Source: Rhodosorus marinus CCMP1338 (taxonomy: Eukaryota > Plantae > Rhodophyta). Taken from it: 64,000 bases of DNA. The stretch lies in contig JAMWBK010000002.1 of assembly GCA_029953675.1 (NCBI GenBank), positions 1,054,001-1,118,000 on the forward strand, in the 5' to 3' direction. A model generated the notes under the pieces. It had not been told where the DNA came from. It did not search any database and saw only the letters and a list, made by a program, of their open reading frames with translations. This document shows positions 50,883-63,726 of the stretch, in pieces. Positions within the stretch are counted from its first letter, which is position 1; each line of letters starts with the position of its first letter. Position numbers and translations under genes: made by a program.

Positions 50883-52370
50883 TAATCCGTGAAGAATCTC
50901 TGGATATGTATAACATATCCACAGCTCTTACTACCCAAGTCCTCGCTTTGGCTAACTGCTCAACACGTCACAGTCTCCGCAATGGCACGAGAAGAAAGAC
51001 CCAACGGTCAAGTTATCCTCATCGTCGCATCAATCAACTAGAAGCCATCGCGGGGGTTCGAGAGAATAGAAATCTGCTCGTGAGAGTGTTGCTTCAGGTT
51101 TCTAAGGACTTTCTGTGGTTATTCATTTCGGACGTTAACTAGGACGAGTGGATATCAATGGCCTTTTCTAAGTCAATATTGTGATCAAACAGTTACACCG
51201 ACTTGCGCAAACCTGGATTGCGGAGCCTTTAGGGGTTGAGCAATTTTGTTCCGGCTTACACTATCTACTCCGAAGTAGATAAAAGTAGTGGCAACGGTGA
51301 AGTTCAATGCCGTCTTTAGGAGTCAATTGTGTTCTTTCTCGGGCTCTGCATCCACAAGAATTGAAACCAGAAGCTAGGGATGGCTCGGAGGGTTCAGCTC
51401 CCCGTACCAGCCCCGCGTATTTCTGTGATTTGTGTGGGACTCCTATCATAGATACAACAACAACAATGTATTCAGGTCTGCTCTGGTTGTCTCACAAAGG
51501 GTCACTACGCAACTTCTCATTCGAGCGATTGCTTTTGTGTTGTCTGTTTCTTGTGTTGCAGCCTCTTCATGGCAAGGCCTGGTGTCTAGCTTAGACTAGG
51601 GATCCGTCTGTCTAGTTCAATCATTACTGAGTGAAAATCTGGAAGAATTGATTCGATTGCTCGAAGGAAAGCTGTAAGAAGCTGGTTTAACTGCCGAAGC
51701 TCCCGTTCCTCTATCAGTGCTCTTTTTGCAGAGTGATTGATTTCCATTTATCTCACGTGACTGTGGAAATTCGGTATTTCTGGTTAAGATGCGTTTTCAC
51801 GCGGTTTAGACTCGCTTTCCGGAAAACCTGGTCGTGGGGGTCAGTGTTTAAGTATGACAGGCCGTTTGAGGGTGCACGCAATTTGCGGGAGCTCAGAATA
51901 GAATAAGTGCGACATGTACAACCCTACGGATCGTAAACTTGACGGTTAACCGGACACATGGCCGATCCGATAGCTTGCTAGCTTTGCAACAGTCCTGCTA
52001 TGAACTCGAGGTTTCCCTCGCTTTTTGAATACGGTTATCATCACCTTTTTCGGAACAATCAGTGTCCCGGAAACGGGTGCGGTTCAACCTGTCCAGGCTC
52101 GCCAGAAAGTGAGAACTGGATTCTGCATGCACTTGCTTCAACCAGTCCAGAGCTTTACAAGATTCAAAATATCATAGGTCGTAAGCAGCAAACTGGCTGT
52201 TGATCATCAGATAACAGACCGGAACGGAATGGAATCGATGCTAGTAGTCTCGAGGATAGTAAAACACTTCGCATAATCTTATCAGTTTATACTTCTGAGC
52301 TACCGTACTCATCGACTACCAACCACTATTTTACAAACAGATCTTCAAGAGTTCTTGTCGCTTGCGTCGC

Positions 52371-52607
52371 TTACATCGAAGCGACGCCAGTCTGGAAAAA
52401 ACTAAGCTGCACGTGCATGTCCTTATCACTTCCGTGAACTGAAGGGACAAAGCTCGGTTCCGCGAAGTATACGTTCTCCAGGTCAGGTCTACTTCCCCCG
52501 TGTCCTATTCTCTTGAGCCATCGGAAGCAAAATTTCCTTGGTGACCCTGACTTTTGCTTTTCTCCGTGGGCCCTCTTCGGCAAGACCAGACTCTTCTCCG
52601 TCTCCAT
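52371..52607 (-). CDS. Hypothetical small protein
   Basis: ATG-initiated 78-aa ORF in GC-richer DNA. No family recognised. Confidence 0.2.
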   Translation of the reverse strand: METEKSLVLPKRAHGEKQKSGSPRKFCFRWLKRIGHGGSRPDLENVYFAEPSFVPSVHGSDKDMHVQLSFFQTGVASM

Positions 52608-53630
52608 CTCTCAAATCCCGAAACAAGCTCCTCAGAAAACAAGACCAGCGACGTACAGCTCGTCACCTCGTTAGCTCTCTTACCCCCACACTTCCACCTT
52701 TGGTACACTTCATGCTTGCATTACCTCGCGCCCAGCACAGCCCACTCTGACTTGACTATATACGCACATCCTCCAGGATTGTACGCCTTGTTTACTGCAA
52801 TCACCATCCCGAAAACAACATCATTCCCTCAAAAAAAAAAAAATTCTGACAAATTCTCGTCTTATGCAAAAAGTTTTCAAAAAACTATCCACCCCTTCCC
52901 CCCCAAAAGGAAAACAGCACACCAAAATTAGAAAGGAGAGAAACTATCCCGAAATCGTCGATTTCCCAACAGTTGCGTTCTCTCCATTTTTCTTCAATTC
53001 AATGATATGACCTCAAAACACAAGGCAAGAATTCCCTTGCAAAAAAACGCTTATCCTCCCCAATTCGGCTTCATAACCCATAGTCCAAAAACTATTTCAA
53101 AAACATAGATTTCGTATTTTTTTGGGTGGCGGGAATTAATTAATTTAGTGTAGAGCCTTTTTTTGCCTCTCTCCCCGTAGAGACTCTAGGAACCCCGCAA
53201 TCTGCTCCTCGGGCGGGGCGCTGTCAGCTTCTGAATGGGACTGTAGTTTTTTTTGCGTCCGGAATTTATCAAACCGTCCGATATAAGTTTTCAGCAACGT
53301 CCATTGCGTAATAAATTATAGGTTTTTCCGCGGCCTCGTGTCCGATAGATGGTTTACTAGACCTGAATTAGAAATAAAAAGAAAGAGTTCGTCCGATAAT
53401 GACCGACCGACATAAGACATTCTTCAATCAATGACGAATAATGATTGCAGTTCAATCTTCTATTCGGGACACTTTGCTCGTGCCATGGTCTTCTCCAGAA
53501 TGGTTGGGGGATTCCAACATTCAGAAAAACCATTAGATTATGGTAGACAGCCTGTCTATTTTCGAACTAGTTTGATTAGAGTCCTACCGTAGTTATAGTT
53601 CAATGACCCTTCTAGTGGGACCACCGCAAG

Positions 53631-54979
53631 CTGCGAGGAGACATCCGTTCCCGTGAAAAGTGTCCCTCCCCCATGGAGGGGACGCAGCCACCCTCAATGA
53701 AACCCTCTCTTCTCGGTAATTATAGTATAAACAAAAAAAATAGTAGCTAAATACCTTGCCTATCAATTCTTCCACTTATCGTGATATCATTGGCCCGTTC
53801 ACTCTCTTATTTAAAATTTATTCTTTTCACATATTATTCGCACTTCTGATTCATAGAATTATTTGTGTTCTTCAGTCCTTTTTGAATGACGTAATGAAAA
53901 AAAGAAAAAAAAGATTAATATTCCTAAAGGGCCATATGCGGATTTTTGGGGTGAAGATGCGATGGATTTTTTCTTTTCTGGCGAGAATGGGATACCGGAA
54001 ATAGTCAATTGGTGTACTTACAAATGGGAGGATCATCAACCCCCCCAAAGCTTAGTTGGCACTGATTAGAATATAAGAGCGCGAACAAATCCTAACATTC
54101 AATACATGAGAACGGTCTTGTCCCACTGAGAAAAGTAGCCAGGATTCAATATCTGGACGGGAGACAATCGACAATTAGACCTACGTTGATTGAATATGGG
54201 ACGTCTTATCGGACAATTTTTAGAATAATTTTAACTAGACAATCAGACACCCTGTAATTGTCTACATTAACTCAATAGCGTATCCGCGAAAAATTTCATC
54301 GACCCGTTTCTGACTATTGCCTATTTTGCTTTGTGTTTGGGGCGGTGGGGTGAGAGAGGCCAGCGGATCGTTCGTTGCCCCTTTCCCCCTCTTGTTCTGT
54401 GCCCGAACGTTTCGCAAATACCTTAAAATTATATATTCTAATCAATACAAACTAAGCTTGGGAGGGGAGATGATCATCATCCTCCGATTCATATGTACAC
54501 CAATTGGCTATATTTCCGGTATCCCATTATTGTCAGGAATAAAAATCCATCGCATCTCAACCCCAAAAATCCGCATTTTGCCTTTTAAGAATATTCATTT
54601 TTTTCCCTTTTCTTTTCATTCGTGAATGAAAGAGGACTGAAGAACAAAAACAATTCTATGAATCGTACGTGGGAACAATATGTGAAAAGATTAAATTTTA
54701 AATCAAAGACAGTGAACGGGCCAATGATATCACGATAAGTGGAAGAATTGATAGGCATGGGCTCGAGCTACTATTTTTTGTCTATAATCAAGGCACTCAA
54801 GGTTTGGTCCAACATTTTTAATAGGTAATTCTTTGAATTATTTTGGATTATTATTGATTTTTTTGTCCGGGTTCTAGCTGCTCTGCGAGGAGACTTCCGT
54901 TCCCGTAAAAACAAACATTCCCTCACCCAAAATGGAGGGGAAGTAGCCCCTTTGAATAAAGCCCTCTCTTTTCGGTAAT
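53631..54979. mobile_element. Foldback/MITE-like element with ~340-bp inverted arms (53741-54075 / 54432-54778) plus a duplicated ~90-nt segment (53631-53720 / 54883-54979)
   Basis: The arms align throughout and include a perfect 47-bp inverted core (53757-53803 versus 54711-54757). Confidence 0.7.
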
Positions 54980-55456
54980 GTTAAGAAATGTTAGTGTTTT
55001 GCTTATTTTTTGTAGAGTCCTGGCGCTCGACTCACCCTATTTGGTTGTTTTTTTTCAAAGGGTGGGTGGTATGTGTGGAGTGTTGAGTTTTGTGAAATGC
55101 TCTGGTTTTGGTCGGTGTAGTGATCACGACTTTTGCAAGTGCCTCAACGTGTTCATGTTGAATGGAGCGGGATCTAATTCTGTGAGGGGAGGCTCCTCGT
55201 CGTCACAGTTTTCCATCGCTTCATGACAGCTAAAGAACTACCAGAAATTTTTTTCCTTGAAGAGTTTCCGTTCCCTTGACCTCCACACGTTCTCCGGATG
55301 AGGACGTAGAGGAGCATCTACCCGGCAAAAACAGTACGCAGATATCCGATCGCAATGGAAATGTGATGTGTGTGGAGCACGTAAGAATTACCATATCGCG
55401 ATTAGGGGCGCCACCTGGCCCTCTGGCCGTGGCAGATGAGGAAATTTCCCAGGGGT

Positions 55457-55492
55457 GAGGGTGAAATTGAGGGTGAAATTGAGGGTGAAATT
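55457..55492. repeat. Perfect 12-bp tandem repeat (GAGGGTGAAATT)x3
   Basis: Directly visible. Confidence 0.95.
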
Positions 55493-56766
55493 CTCTCCCT
55501 TCCGGACGCTGCTACGCTGAGGTAGGAAAAGGCTGTCCCGAGCATCCAACTCCGTCAAAATGCCCGAAGGTGTGTTCTTCTTCGCTCAGTTCATTTTCCC
55601 CTGCAGCGGGGATGTGGTTCAAAAAAAATTAGCGGTTGACCACGTTTGATAAGTTTTCAACGGCCAAAGGTACGTTTGGAATCCGAGCGGGGGCGATCGT
55701 GTAGAGCTCCCGATTCCGTGGAGTATTTCATCGGCTGATCTCAGTAGTTTTCCGGGGCCTGTGCCCAGGGGTAAGGAGTTTGTTTCTGATATGGGCCGGT
55801 TGAGTGTATTCAACATTGGCTTGATGCAAGCTAGCCTCACCTAGGGCTAACGCAGGACTGTTCACACACTCTTAATCTCCGCTCACACCACGTACGATAG
55901 CGCGCGGGTACTTATCTCACCCGTGGTTGAGAACACTGCCCTAGTCTCCTGGCCAACATGTTGACGTCTTCCAGTTCATGACTACGGCACGGATCTAGCC
56001 CACTCTCTGGCGCTCCAAGGCTGCTTTGTTGTTGGACGCGCGTCCTCAGCGTCTCCCATCATGGACCTCAGGGTAGATAGGCTCTGAAGAAGCGAATTAT
56101 GCTCTACCTGTGTTCGCCTTAGGACTCATGGGCACTCTAACCGATTTTCCTTTTGCCTCATCAATTGGGTGAGAAACTGATCGCTGATAGAGTTGATTGA
56201 TTGACTACCAACTCCTGTGAAACTCACGCTGCGAAACGTTGAATAAACCGATCTGTATGTGTTAGCGCGTGGAGATTTCTTTTCGTTGTCGCGAAGATGC
56301 TTTGCTCTACGCCTAGACTTCCTTGGAACTCAGACATTGGTAGCTCAGAGTCTTGCTGTTTACAGAGTTACATCCTCACTGTGGAATTGATATCTCCCTC
56401 ATTTGGTTCTAGCGGCTGATGTCTGCGGACGGGTCGATTTGACTGCGTGCGGGCCGTACGTTACAAAGCGTTGCGAGCACCGGGTGTGTAACCCAGAAGA
56501 GCTCCATTTCAACTGTTCTTTTTTTTTTTCACTGCCGGGCGGAACACGCTACGAAAATTTACCAAAAGGTTCCTGATGAAGTAGAAGGATGGATTAAAGA
56601 GGCAGGAATTAACGCCCGCCAAACTGCCTATCAACCGTGAAATTGATTAATCCTTTTTGCTTCTCTCGTGGTGTCGTATCCCGAAACGCTCCCAAGTGTC
56701 TCAAACCGTGCTTCTTTGGAATGAATTTGTTTCTTTTTTTGCGAATCGAATTGAGAATCGCCTTCT

Positions 56767-58187
56767 TTGAGATTGCGAAATACGCCCTCACCGCACGTAG
56801 TACAGGAACCAACTCCGGCTAGCCAAGTTGTTTTGGTGCAAAAGACTTCGAGGGTTTTCTCAAGGATCAATACTCATGGTTACAATAGTACCCAACCCGG
56901 TATGCGCCGGTCGTTGACAGCAAGAGTTCTAGCGGGGCCAGCAATCCCAGTGTGGGCATGGCGTTCAGTCGAATCGTGTATTGGGCTTCTTGCTGTGCTG
57001 CGCCGCGTACTTTTGCAGACTTGGTATGTTTGGGAGACAATTTGATGTTTCGATGTTGGATTTGTGGACTTTCAGAGCCAAGATTTGCTTTCGCAGGCCA
57101 GGCCGAGAAGCTAAGAAACACTGCAGAGAATTTGTCAAGAGCCTGTCTGACGCGAAGAGGAGAGTTTCCAACCTGACCCTTACAGACCGGACTCGATCCA
57201 TGGGTATACAGTCCAATGGAATCACATTTGCATACCTGTACTCACAAGTCGCAGAGTCTCTCAAAGTAGGTGGTTAATTCGAGACCTAGACATGGCGTAA
57301 GTCATCATCATTGTTTATTCAGAGACAACAATCCTGAGAGGAAGACGGCCAAGTAAAACCAAGAGAAAGAGTCTCTACTGTATTTGGCCGCATTACAGCG
57401 CCACAGCATCAAGCTCAACGAAGAGAGGAAAACTCAACGCGAGTGTCATCACCGTCACGAAGATAGTCCCAACATAGTCGCGAATCCAGGTCGCTCCTAC
57501 TGAGACTTGAACTCGGGTCTAGGGATTCAGAATCCCACATATCTTGGAATGGAGAGCGTTTGGACACGGCATCGAGCTAACCAACCACACCTTAAGACCT
57601 TCTCTACCTGGTGCCGACTGTTTTCGTTCTTCCATCGAACTCGTTTCAAGAACTGACAGCCCTAGAGCTCCTCCAAAACGTCGAAGAAGGGTAAGTCTGA
57701 GCGCGTATCTCGATATCCTGGAGAATTTTAGTTCTCCATTCCAAAACCCAAGAAAGCCAATCAAGGCGTCCAGGCAGCTTCCACAAAAGTCTCGAACCCT
57801 CCATTCCAAGAATGTAAGAAAGATTTTAAGAACCAGTTATCCGTGGGAGAAGATTAATTTGAAGGAGCATGACCCAAAATTACGCGATTCAGTTCCACCC
57901 AAAATAGACATTGAATGCAGGTCGCCACCAAGTATCCGTTTTGTTAATATTTCTTGATCGTTTTTGTTTTTTTGTTTCGAGTCTAGAACCAGATGATGAT
58001 CTTTGCGGGGCTGGTTGGACATTGTCGCAGGGCATGTTCCGTGGATAGTATGCCAAGTGGTCCTAATGTTTCAGAAATCTACAAACTGAAAGTCTTGAAA
58101 TCGTACACCAGCAAGAACAAAGCAGCGTCCATGCGCCACAACAGCATTGTAAGGAATGAACAGCTAGCCGTGTCTGGGCAGCTATGA
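56767..58187 (+). CDS. Hypothetical multi-exon protein
   Basis: Successive protein-like plus-strand segments (KHCREFVKSLSDAKRRVSNL; RVSLSAYLDILENF; ILRTSYPWEKINL) separated by plausible GT-AG introns. Confidence 0.3.
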
Positions 58188-59039
58188 ACCGCTTCGTGAA
58201 GCCAACTGGAACGACAAAATGAAACGGAAAGCTTCAGCAACCAAAACCGTCCAAGGGTGGCAGAAGATGGGCATTAAGCCAAAAGCTCGAATTCCTGGGG
58301 CTTTTGCATTTGGGACGGATGGACTAGGACAGACGGGCTTTGGAGTTGCTAGGAGCGGACACAGCATACCTGCATGATCGTGATACACGTCTCTCTCCTC
58401 TCGCGAGGTCAGTTCAATCGAGTTCTGCAGCAGTAAAATGCACAGTGCGTGGTAGAACATATAAGCGAGTCGGGTAGCCCATCGCCCGACTTTTCTGTTC
58501 ACTACGTTCTAAAGTAGCTTGAAGCTCTTGGGTTTATTTGCAGAAAAAACTTGGGCGTCCCCGTTGCGCCGCAGTATATAGCCGCCCAGTATAGGCTATG
58601 GGCTACAAAAACCGCCCGCTTAGTTGCATTTTTCTTGTTGGCATATCATTGCAACTTGCCCATCGCAAGCTCTCACCCCCCGCACAGCACTGACATAACA
58701 AATTCATTCACGCACAACAAATAAGCGAATTTTTCTTCAAAAGTCGAGGTATCCATAAAACCTTCCAAAAATCATTTGGGGCGTCTTGATTCGAAAGGTT
58801 TCCGGTGTATATAAATAGACCTTTTAATCTACTTATAAAGAATAAAAGTGTTTCTTGATGAGGATTGAAAAATCGTTTTATTTAGACGGGCCAACAAAAG
58901 GAGCTAAAAGTCTATCTTTCCGCGCAACGTTAGTTGCTAGGCGAGACTGCAGCTTTGGAATGGCTTTGGTTCTACACATTTTGCAATACAGCTGACACGT
59001 CAGCGGTGGGGAAGAGCGGTGACCAACGCAGTGTCATTC

Positions 59040-60850
59040 GCATCTGCTGACGAAAAGGAGCATGTTTAGGGGACAACGGGCTGAAACTGGAACGCTTTCC
59101 GCAACGTTACCGCTTCGTGCCTCAGCGAAAGGATATCTTTTCTTGTAGTATGTTATTCTGCCATAACGCGGGGTCTAGGAAAGTGGTTCAGGCTGGCAAT
59201 CGAAGTCGCACTCGCCAAGGTTATAAATTTAGGTCTGGAAAGCCGAGGCATATCTGGCCTGAACACGAGCGTCGCAAACGATCTCGGTGAGGTTTAGAAA
59301 AGTATTGTTCGTGGAGTGTTGAGTATAACCGGTTCACGCGATGGGAAATTATCAAACTGAAGATTCTCGGGGATCGAGAAGGTCGAGTGTGTTTTCCACA
59401 GACCGACGTACTTCGTTAGCTGGAGAGGAGAAGATGCCTGCTGACGGGTACGAGGATGGAACGCGCAAGGTGCAGCCATCACCGTGGAGACTGATGCCAG
59501 TTGGAATGATGGCGTCATTTTCATGGTCTCTGGTTTCCTTTCATTGACTAGATAGGATGTAAATAAATAAACTATGTTCCCGCGAAAAGGAATTCTCCTT
59601 GTGCGCTTCCCATCGCCCTTGCTTGCCTTCTGAGTCAGTGTGAAGATCAAGCGATGAGCTTTCCGCGGATTCAACACCCACATCGTAGTGCTCCCCGGTC
59701 ACGACCGTCTCGATACGTTTACAAAATCTAAGCACTCGAAACAGCGCAGCGAGCGTCAGAGCAGAGTAAAGTCAAGCTCTACGAAGCCTTCGTAAGCTTG
59801 CATACATTTGGTGAGGCAATACCTGCTAAACAAGCGTCGCGAAGCTATGGCGTAAGCAGGATGTTTGAAGGGAAAAAGCATGCTCTGCCTCCCACGTGGT
59901 CGTGCACCTCGTGCGTGCGAGCCACCTGACGACTGCGAGAATGGTAAACGCCGTTGCCTCGGATTCAGAACTGCGCCCGATCGCAAAACGTTGTTTTTCT
60001 GATATGTGTGTCAGATGAGTCCTCAGGCTTCCAGCTCATATGAAGAATTTACTCCCAGCAGAGTAGCCAGCGCGCTTTTAAGGCTCTAGTAGACAATTCT
60101 GACGGCTCGGACGAGTTTCAGGCGCGTTTTCGTAGAATTGGGTACGCGGGCTCGTGGATTCTGGATTTACCAGCTGAGGTTCGTCGTGCTCTCACCGCGC
60201 CGGAGCTAAAATGCAGTTTGCGTTTACTCTTGGGACTGCCCATGCCGGGATAGATACGACTTTTGACTACACCCGGGGCCGTACCGCGCACACCCAGAAA
60301 TAGAGTCAAAGACTTTTCCATTGCCGATCGGCTACTGGCAAGTGGACCTTCAGACACAACTACCTCCGAAACGAGCTAGCGATACTCCTCCGCAATTGGC
60401 ATTTGAGGCGATGTCCACGTGGGACCTGAGCAAGTTTTGCGGTGCCAAGTCGATTGCGCCTAACAACGAGGCCCTACAGTACTGTACAGCAAATAACTCG
60501 TAAACGTACAGTCCCCAATTGCTCGACAAGTACTGCCACACACGGCTAGATCTTCGGGTTTTGTGAGTCTCCTAGCTGAAGCTGGGAACGGGATTCATTA
60601 TCGACATGCGATTGGCGATCACAATGATTTCATCTTTGTTCCCTTATTGTGGAGGCATCTGGACGGCTTCGACCGGAAGCGACGGATTTTCTTACGGATG
60701 TTCCACAAAATCTTGAGCGCAGAGGTGAGGCTTTGAGGTCGGTGCGGGCAGGAAGCAATCGGAACCTCTGTGCGCAGTATTTCCCAATAAGTGGTCACCG
60801 GGATGGAACACGATTCGTCTGCAAAGAGCATCTTTCCCGTCGAGCCTAGT
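59040..60850 (+). mobile_element. Decayed CRE-like non-LTR retrotransposon (RT remnant, CCHC-type knuckle, restriction-like endonuclease)
   Basis: Across frameshifts: LLTK..GQRA..FRNVTASCL (RT 1-2), AGSWILDLP..ELKCSLRLLLGLP, HCRSATGKWTFRHNYLRNELA (RHN motif), LVNVQSPIA, FVP-IVEASGRLRPEATDFL. Many stops. Confidence 0.72.
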
Positions 60851-61146
60851 TTAATACTTCTCCGTTGAGGGAGGCGCCTCACCTTTTCTACTCATTTTAG
60901 CTCTGTTCAGCCTGTGTCTGTGGTTCACGCTAAAGTTACACGGATTATTTGAAGCTAGGGAGCCCGCGCGAAGGAGGGAATGGTACAGTGTGTGTTGCGT
61001 ATATGTTTGGTCTTCGTCCAGAAAAGTGTGTGAGAGTACGTGCTGTCTTCGTCCAAATCTTGTTTTCAAGCGTTTCATGTTTAATATGTAAAATAATATT
61101 CCGGAAAATTCCTGTATAAAAGTTGTTCCTGGCAGTCACGGATCCA

Positions 61147-61422
61147 CTAGAACGGAGTCATTAACCCCGAGCCGTAAACCCACATCTGCTGACCCAGTTC
61201 GTAGTCAGCCAACTCCTGCTCAGGATAGTAGTTCAAGTCCTTTCTGAGCTCCTTCTTCGGTGATCTCTTCGGTGATCTCTTAGACAAGTCTTCGGGTTTA
61301 GGCTTTCGTTGGAACATTTTGCTAACTCGCACCAAGCTCCTATGTCCCAGGTGTGCTGAGCTCGTGGTGCTGGCCGTGTCAGAATCAATCGTCGCTTCCG
61401 GGGTATAGTTCTGGACTCCCAT
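61147..61422 (-). CDS. Hypothetical 91-aa basic protein
   Basis: ATG ORF with a KRSP duplication. A TATA-like gggtatataagc lies ~145 nt upstream. Confidence 0.35.
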   Translation of the reverse strand: MGVQNYTPEATIDSDTASTTSSAHLGHRSLVRVSKMFQRKPKPEDLSKRSPKRSPKKELRKDLNYYPEQELADYELGQQMWVYGSGLMTPF

Positions 61423-63726
61423 TGTTCGTTCTTTATCCTCTGGCTTTCTCGATTACTCTTGCTTTTGAAAAACAAAATTCTTGTCTTGCTTTCTCTCTGT
61501 TCGTTGCGTCGTCCTCGTTGCCCAGCAACTCTTCTACCCCGAAAACCACTTAGTCGGCGCTTGCTTATATACCCAAGGAGCTGGGATATCTAATCTGCTT
61601 TCCTCAAGATCGTCGTGGAGTATGAGAAACCAGTCTTCGAATAAACTACAAACTGTTTTCCCGTTTAGATTGCTCGGCTCTTACTTCCGCGTAGTGTCAG
61701 TTTGTTGTGACCCACAGATCAGATAAGGACCGATCTTCACCTCCAAGGCACTCCATCGTCCAAAAAAAAACAAAAATTCCAATCTCTCGAGTTGCCCAGC
61801 ACTTTTTTTTTGCCTTTTTCCCTCGTTGCCAAAAATAAATACATACGTTCATTCAAAATTTGAGATCTTTTCGGCCCCGCTTATGGTTTCTCAATTAATT
61901 TCTTTTTCACCCATATGGAAACACAAACGAATTTCCTTTCGGGAAAAGCGCTCAACTCCAAATAAAATATTGTCGCTTCCCCGAAATCGTTGAAATCAGC
62001 CATTGGAAATGAAACCACCATATTCGTTCTCGTTTTTTTAAAACAATATGTACATGTAGAGGGGCGAGACCCGGATTGAAAAGGTTTGTTATGGGTCTCT
62101 CGCCCCTACACATTTCGATTAAACAAATTCATTCATTGAAAAGAGAGTAAATGGGAAAAGGCCTATTTCATTTTTTTCTTACTTAAATATGGAGGAAAAT
62201 GTTGGTCGGTGTATGGCTTGTGAGGTGCCTCATGGATGGTCTGCGACATTGTTTTTAGTCTGTTTCCCAACTTTTGAAAAATTGAGGAACTAGATCATTG
62301 CCCGTAAACATATATTAGACCTCATACAGACTAGAATCATTCCCAAGTGAACCAGCTATTGGACAATAGAAAGAGGGGGTAGATAAAAATTGTTTGTTTA
62401 AAATTAATATTAAAGATGATTACTTATTTAGGAATGTGTTCCAGATTATGAGTCTGTCGGCAGCCGTCAGGACAGTTTTGGAGTTAGTTTCATGGGACAT
62501 GATTGGATAGGTGTGTTTTTGACGTTTCCAAGTTGTTCAGCTTAAAAACAGATTAAAATGAACGGCAAATCAGTTTGTAAGCTTTTGTCTTTATTATTGT
62601 CGTTTCGATCCCGCGTGCGCTTTTTCGTTGATTCCTTTCCAAATTTACTGGAACACACTTTTTTCGATTCCTATCAACACCATCAGCGTTTGGAGGGATG
62701 ATCCAGAGTATATTTTACAATTTTTCAGGAATGTGTTAAGATGTAAGTTTGACTTTAGCGGAGACTTTCAGCGTAAAGCGAAATGTGCAGATTAGTTAAA
62801 GAAATAAGGATTGGAAAAAAGGGGACGAGCAGATATTATTGTCGGGTTTTCCAGACGTTGTTGAGACCTTCCAAATGACTGAAAGGATTGGGTATCGGGC
62901 ATGTCGTTCCCGCATTGTACGTGGCCAAAAGGGGTTGGGGTTGGGGGTTGTTTTGGAATTGATGATAAACTGAGCTCGAGGGTGGCGATACGAGGGCGAT
63001 TTTACATCCCACCGCCATGAGCTGATTCTCTACTTATTTGCGAAGCTCGATCGGTGACCGGTGTAATTTCTCGGAGAGCACGGCGGTAAGACCTAGAAAG
63101 AAAAACGGGCAGTGTCGGTTTTGGAATGGAGCAGCGTCTAAACGACTTAGTCAGATGTGGGTTCATGGCTCGGAAATGATTGAATTCTCGCCCCCCACCC
63201 CTTACAAAGTCCAATTTCTTGTATCGGAGGCCAATATCCTCAGAATGACGTACACTGTAGGAGGATCGAAAAACATCTCGCCCCATAAAATTCCATCTCT
63301 TCCTGACACCGAAGCGAGATACATGACTGCGCTCGCAAGCCACTGCGCCATCCAGGACTTTGGTCCGTACGGGCCTGCAAACCCGTACTGCCCTCTCATT
63401 TTCTCCTGGTGGATGCAGTTCCTCAAGAGAAGATCGACTTAATGTCGAAGGTAGCTTCTCAGATTGATTCGTTGCCTGGAAGCTGTGGGTAAGACCTACA
63501 ACTAGTTTCAGAAGATCTGTCTAATCGGAGGCCAAAGTTCTCGAATAAGCTACGCTAGGAAGGGCGGGGGGATCGCGTTTAGAGAGCGAAGGCAGAGGTA
63601 CGGCAGAAGAGGTACAGCGGCAGAGAGTCAGAAGTGAAGTCAACTACATCGAGTGTAGAAGAAACGGTCGGTTCAAGGCCCAACGTTTCGAGCCTCTTGT
63701 TCTCATTGGTAGCCTTTCGAACAATG

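Noticed and set aside
11800-62330. Recurring TAGACCT in intergenic regions
   Set aside because: A 7-mer is expected about 8 times by chance on both strands of 64 kb.
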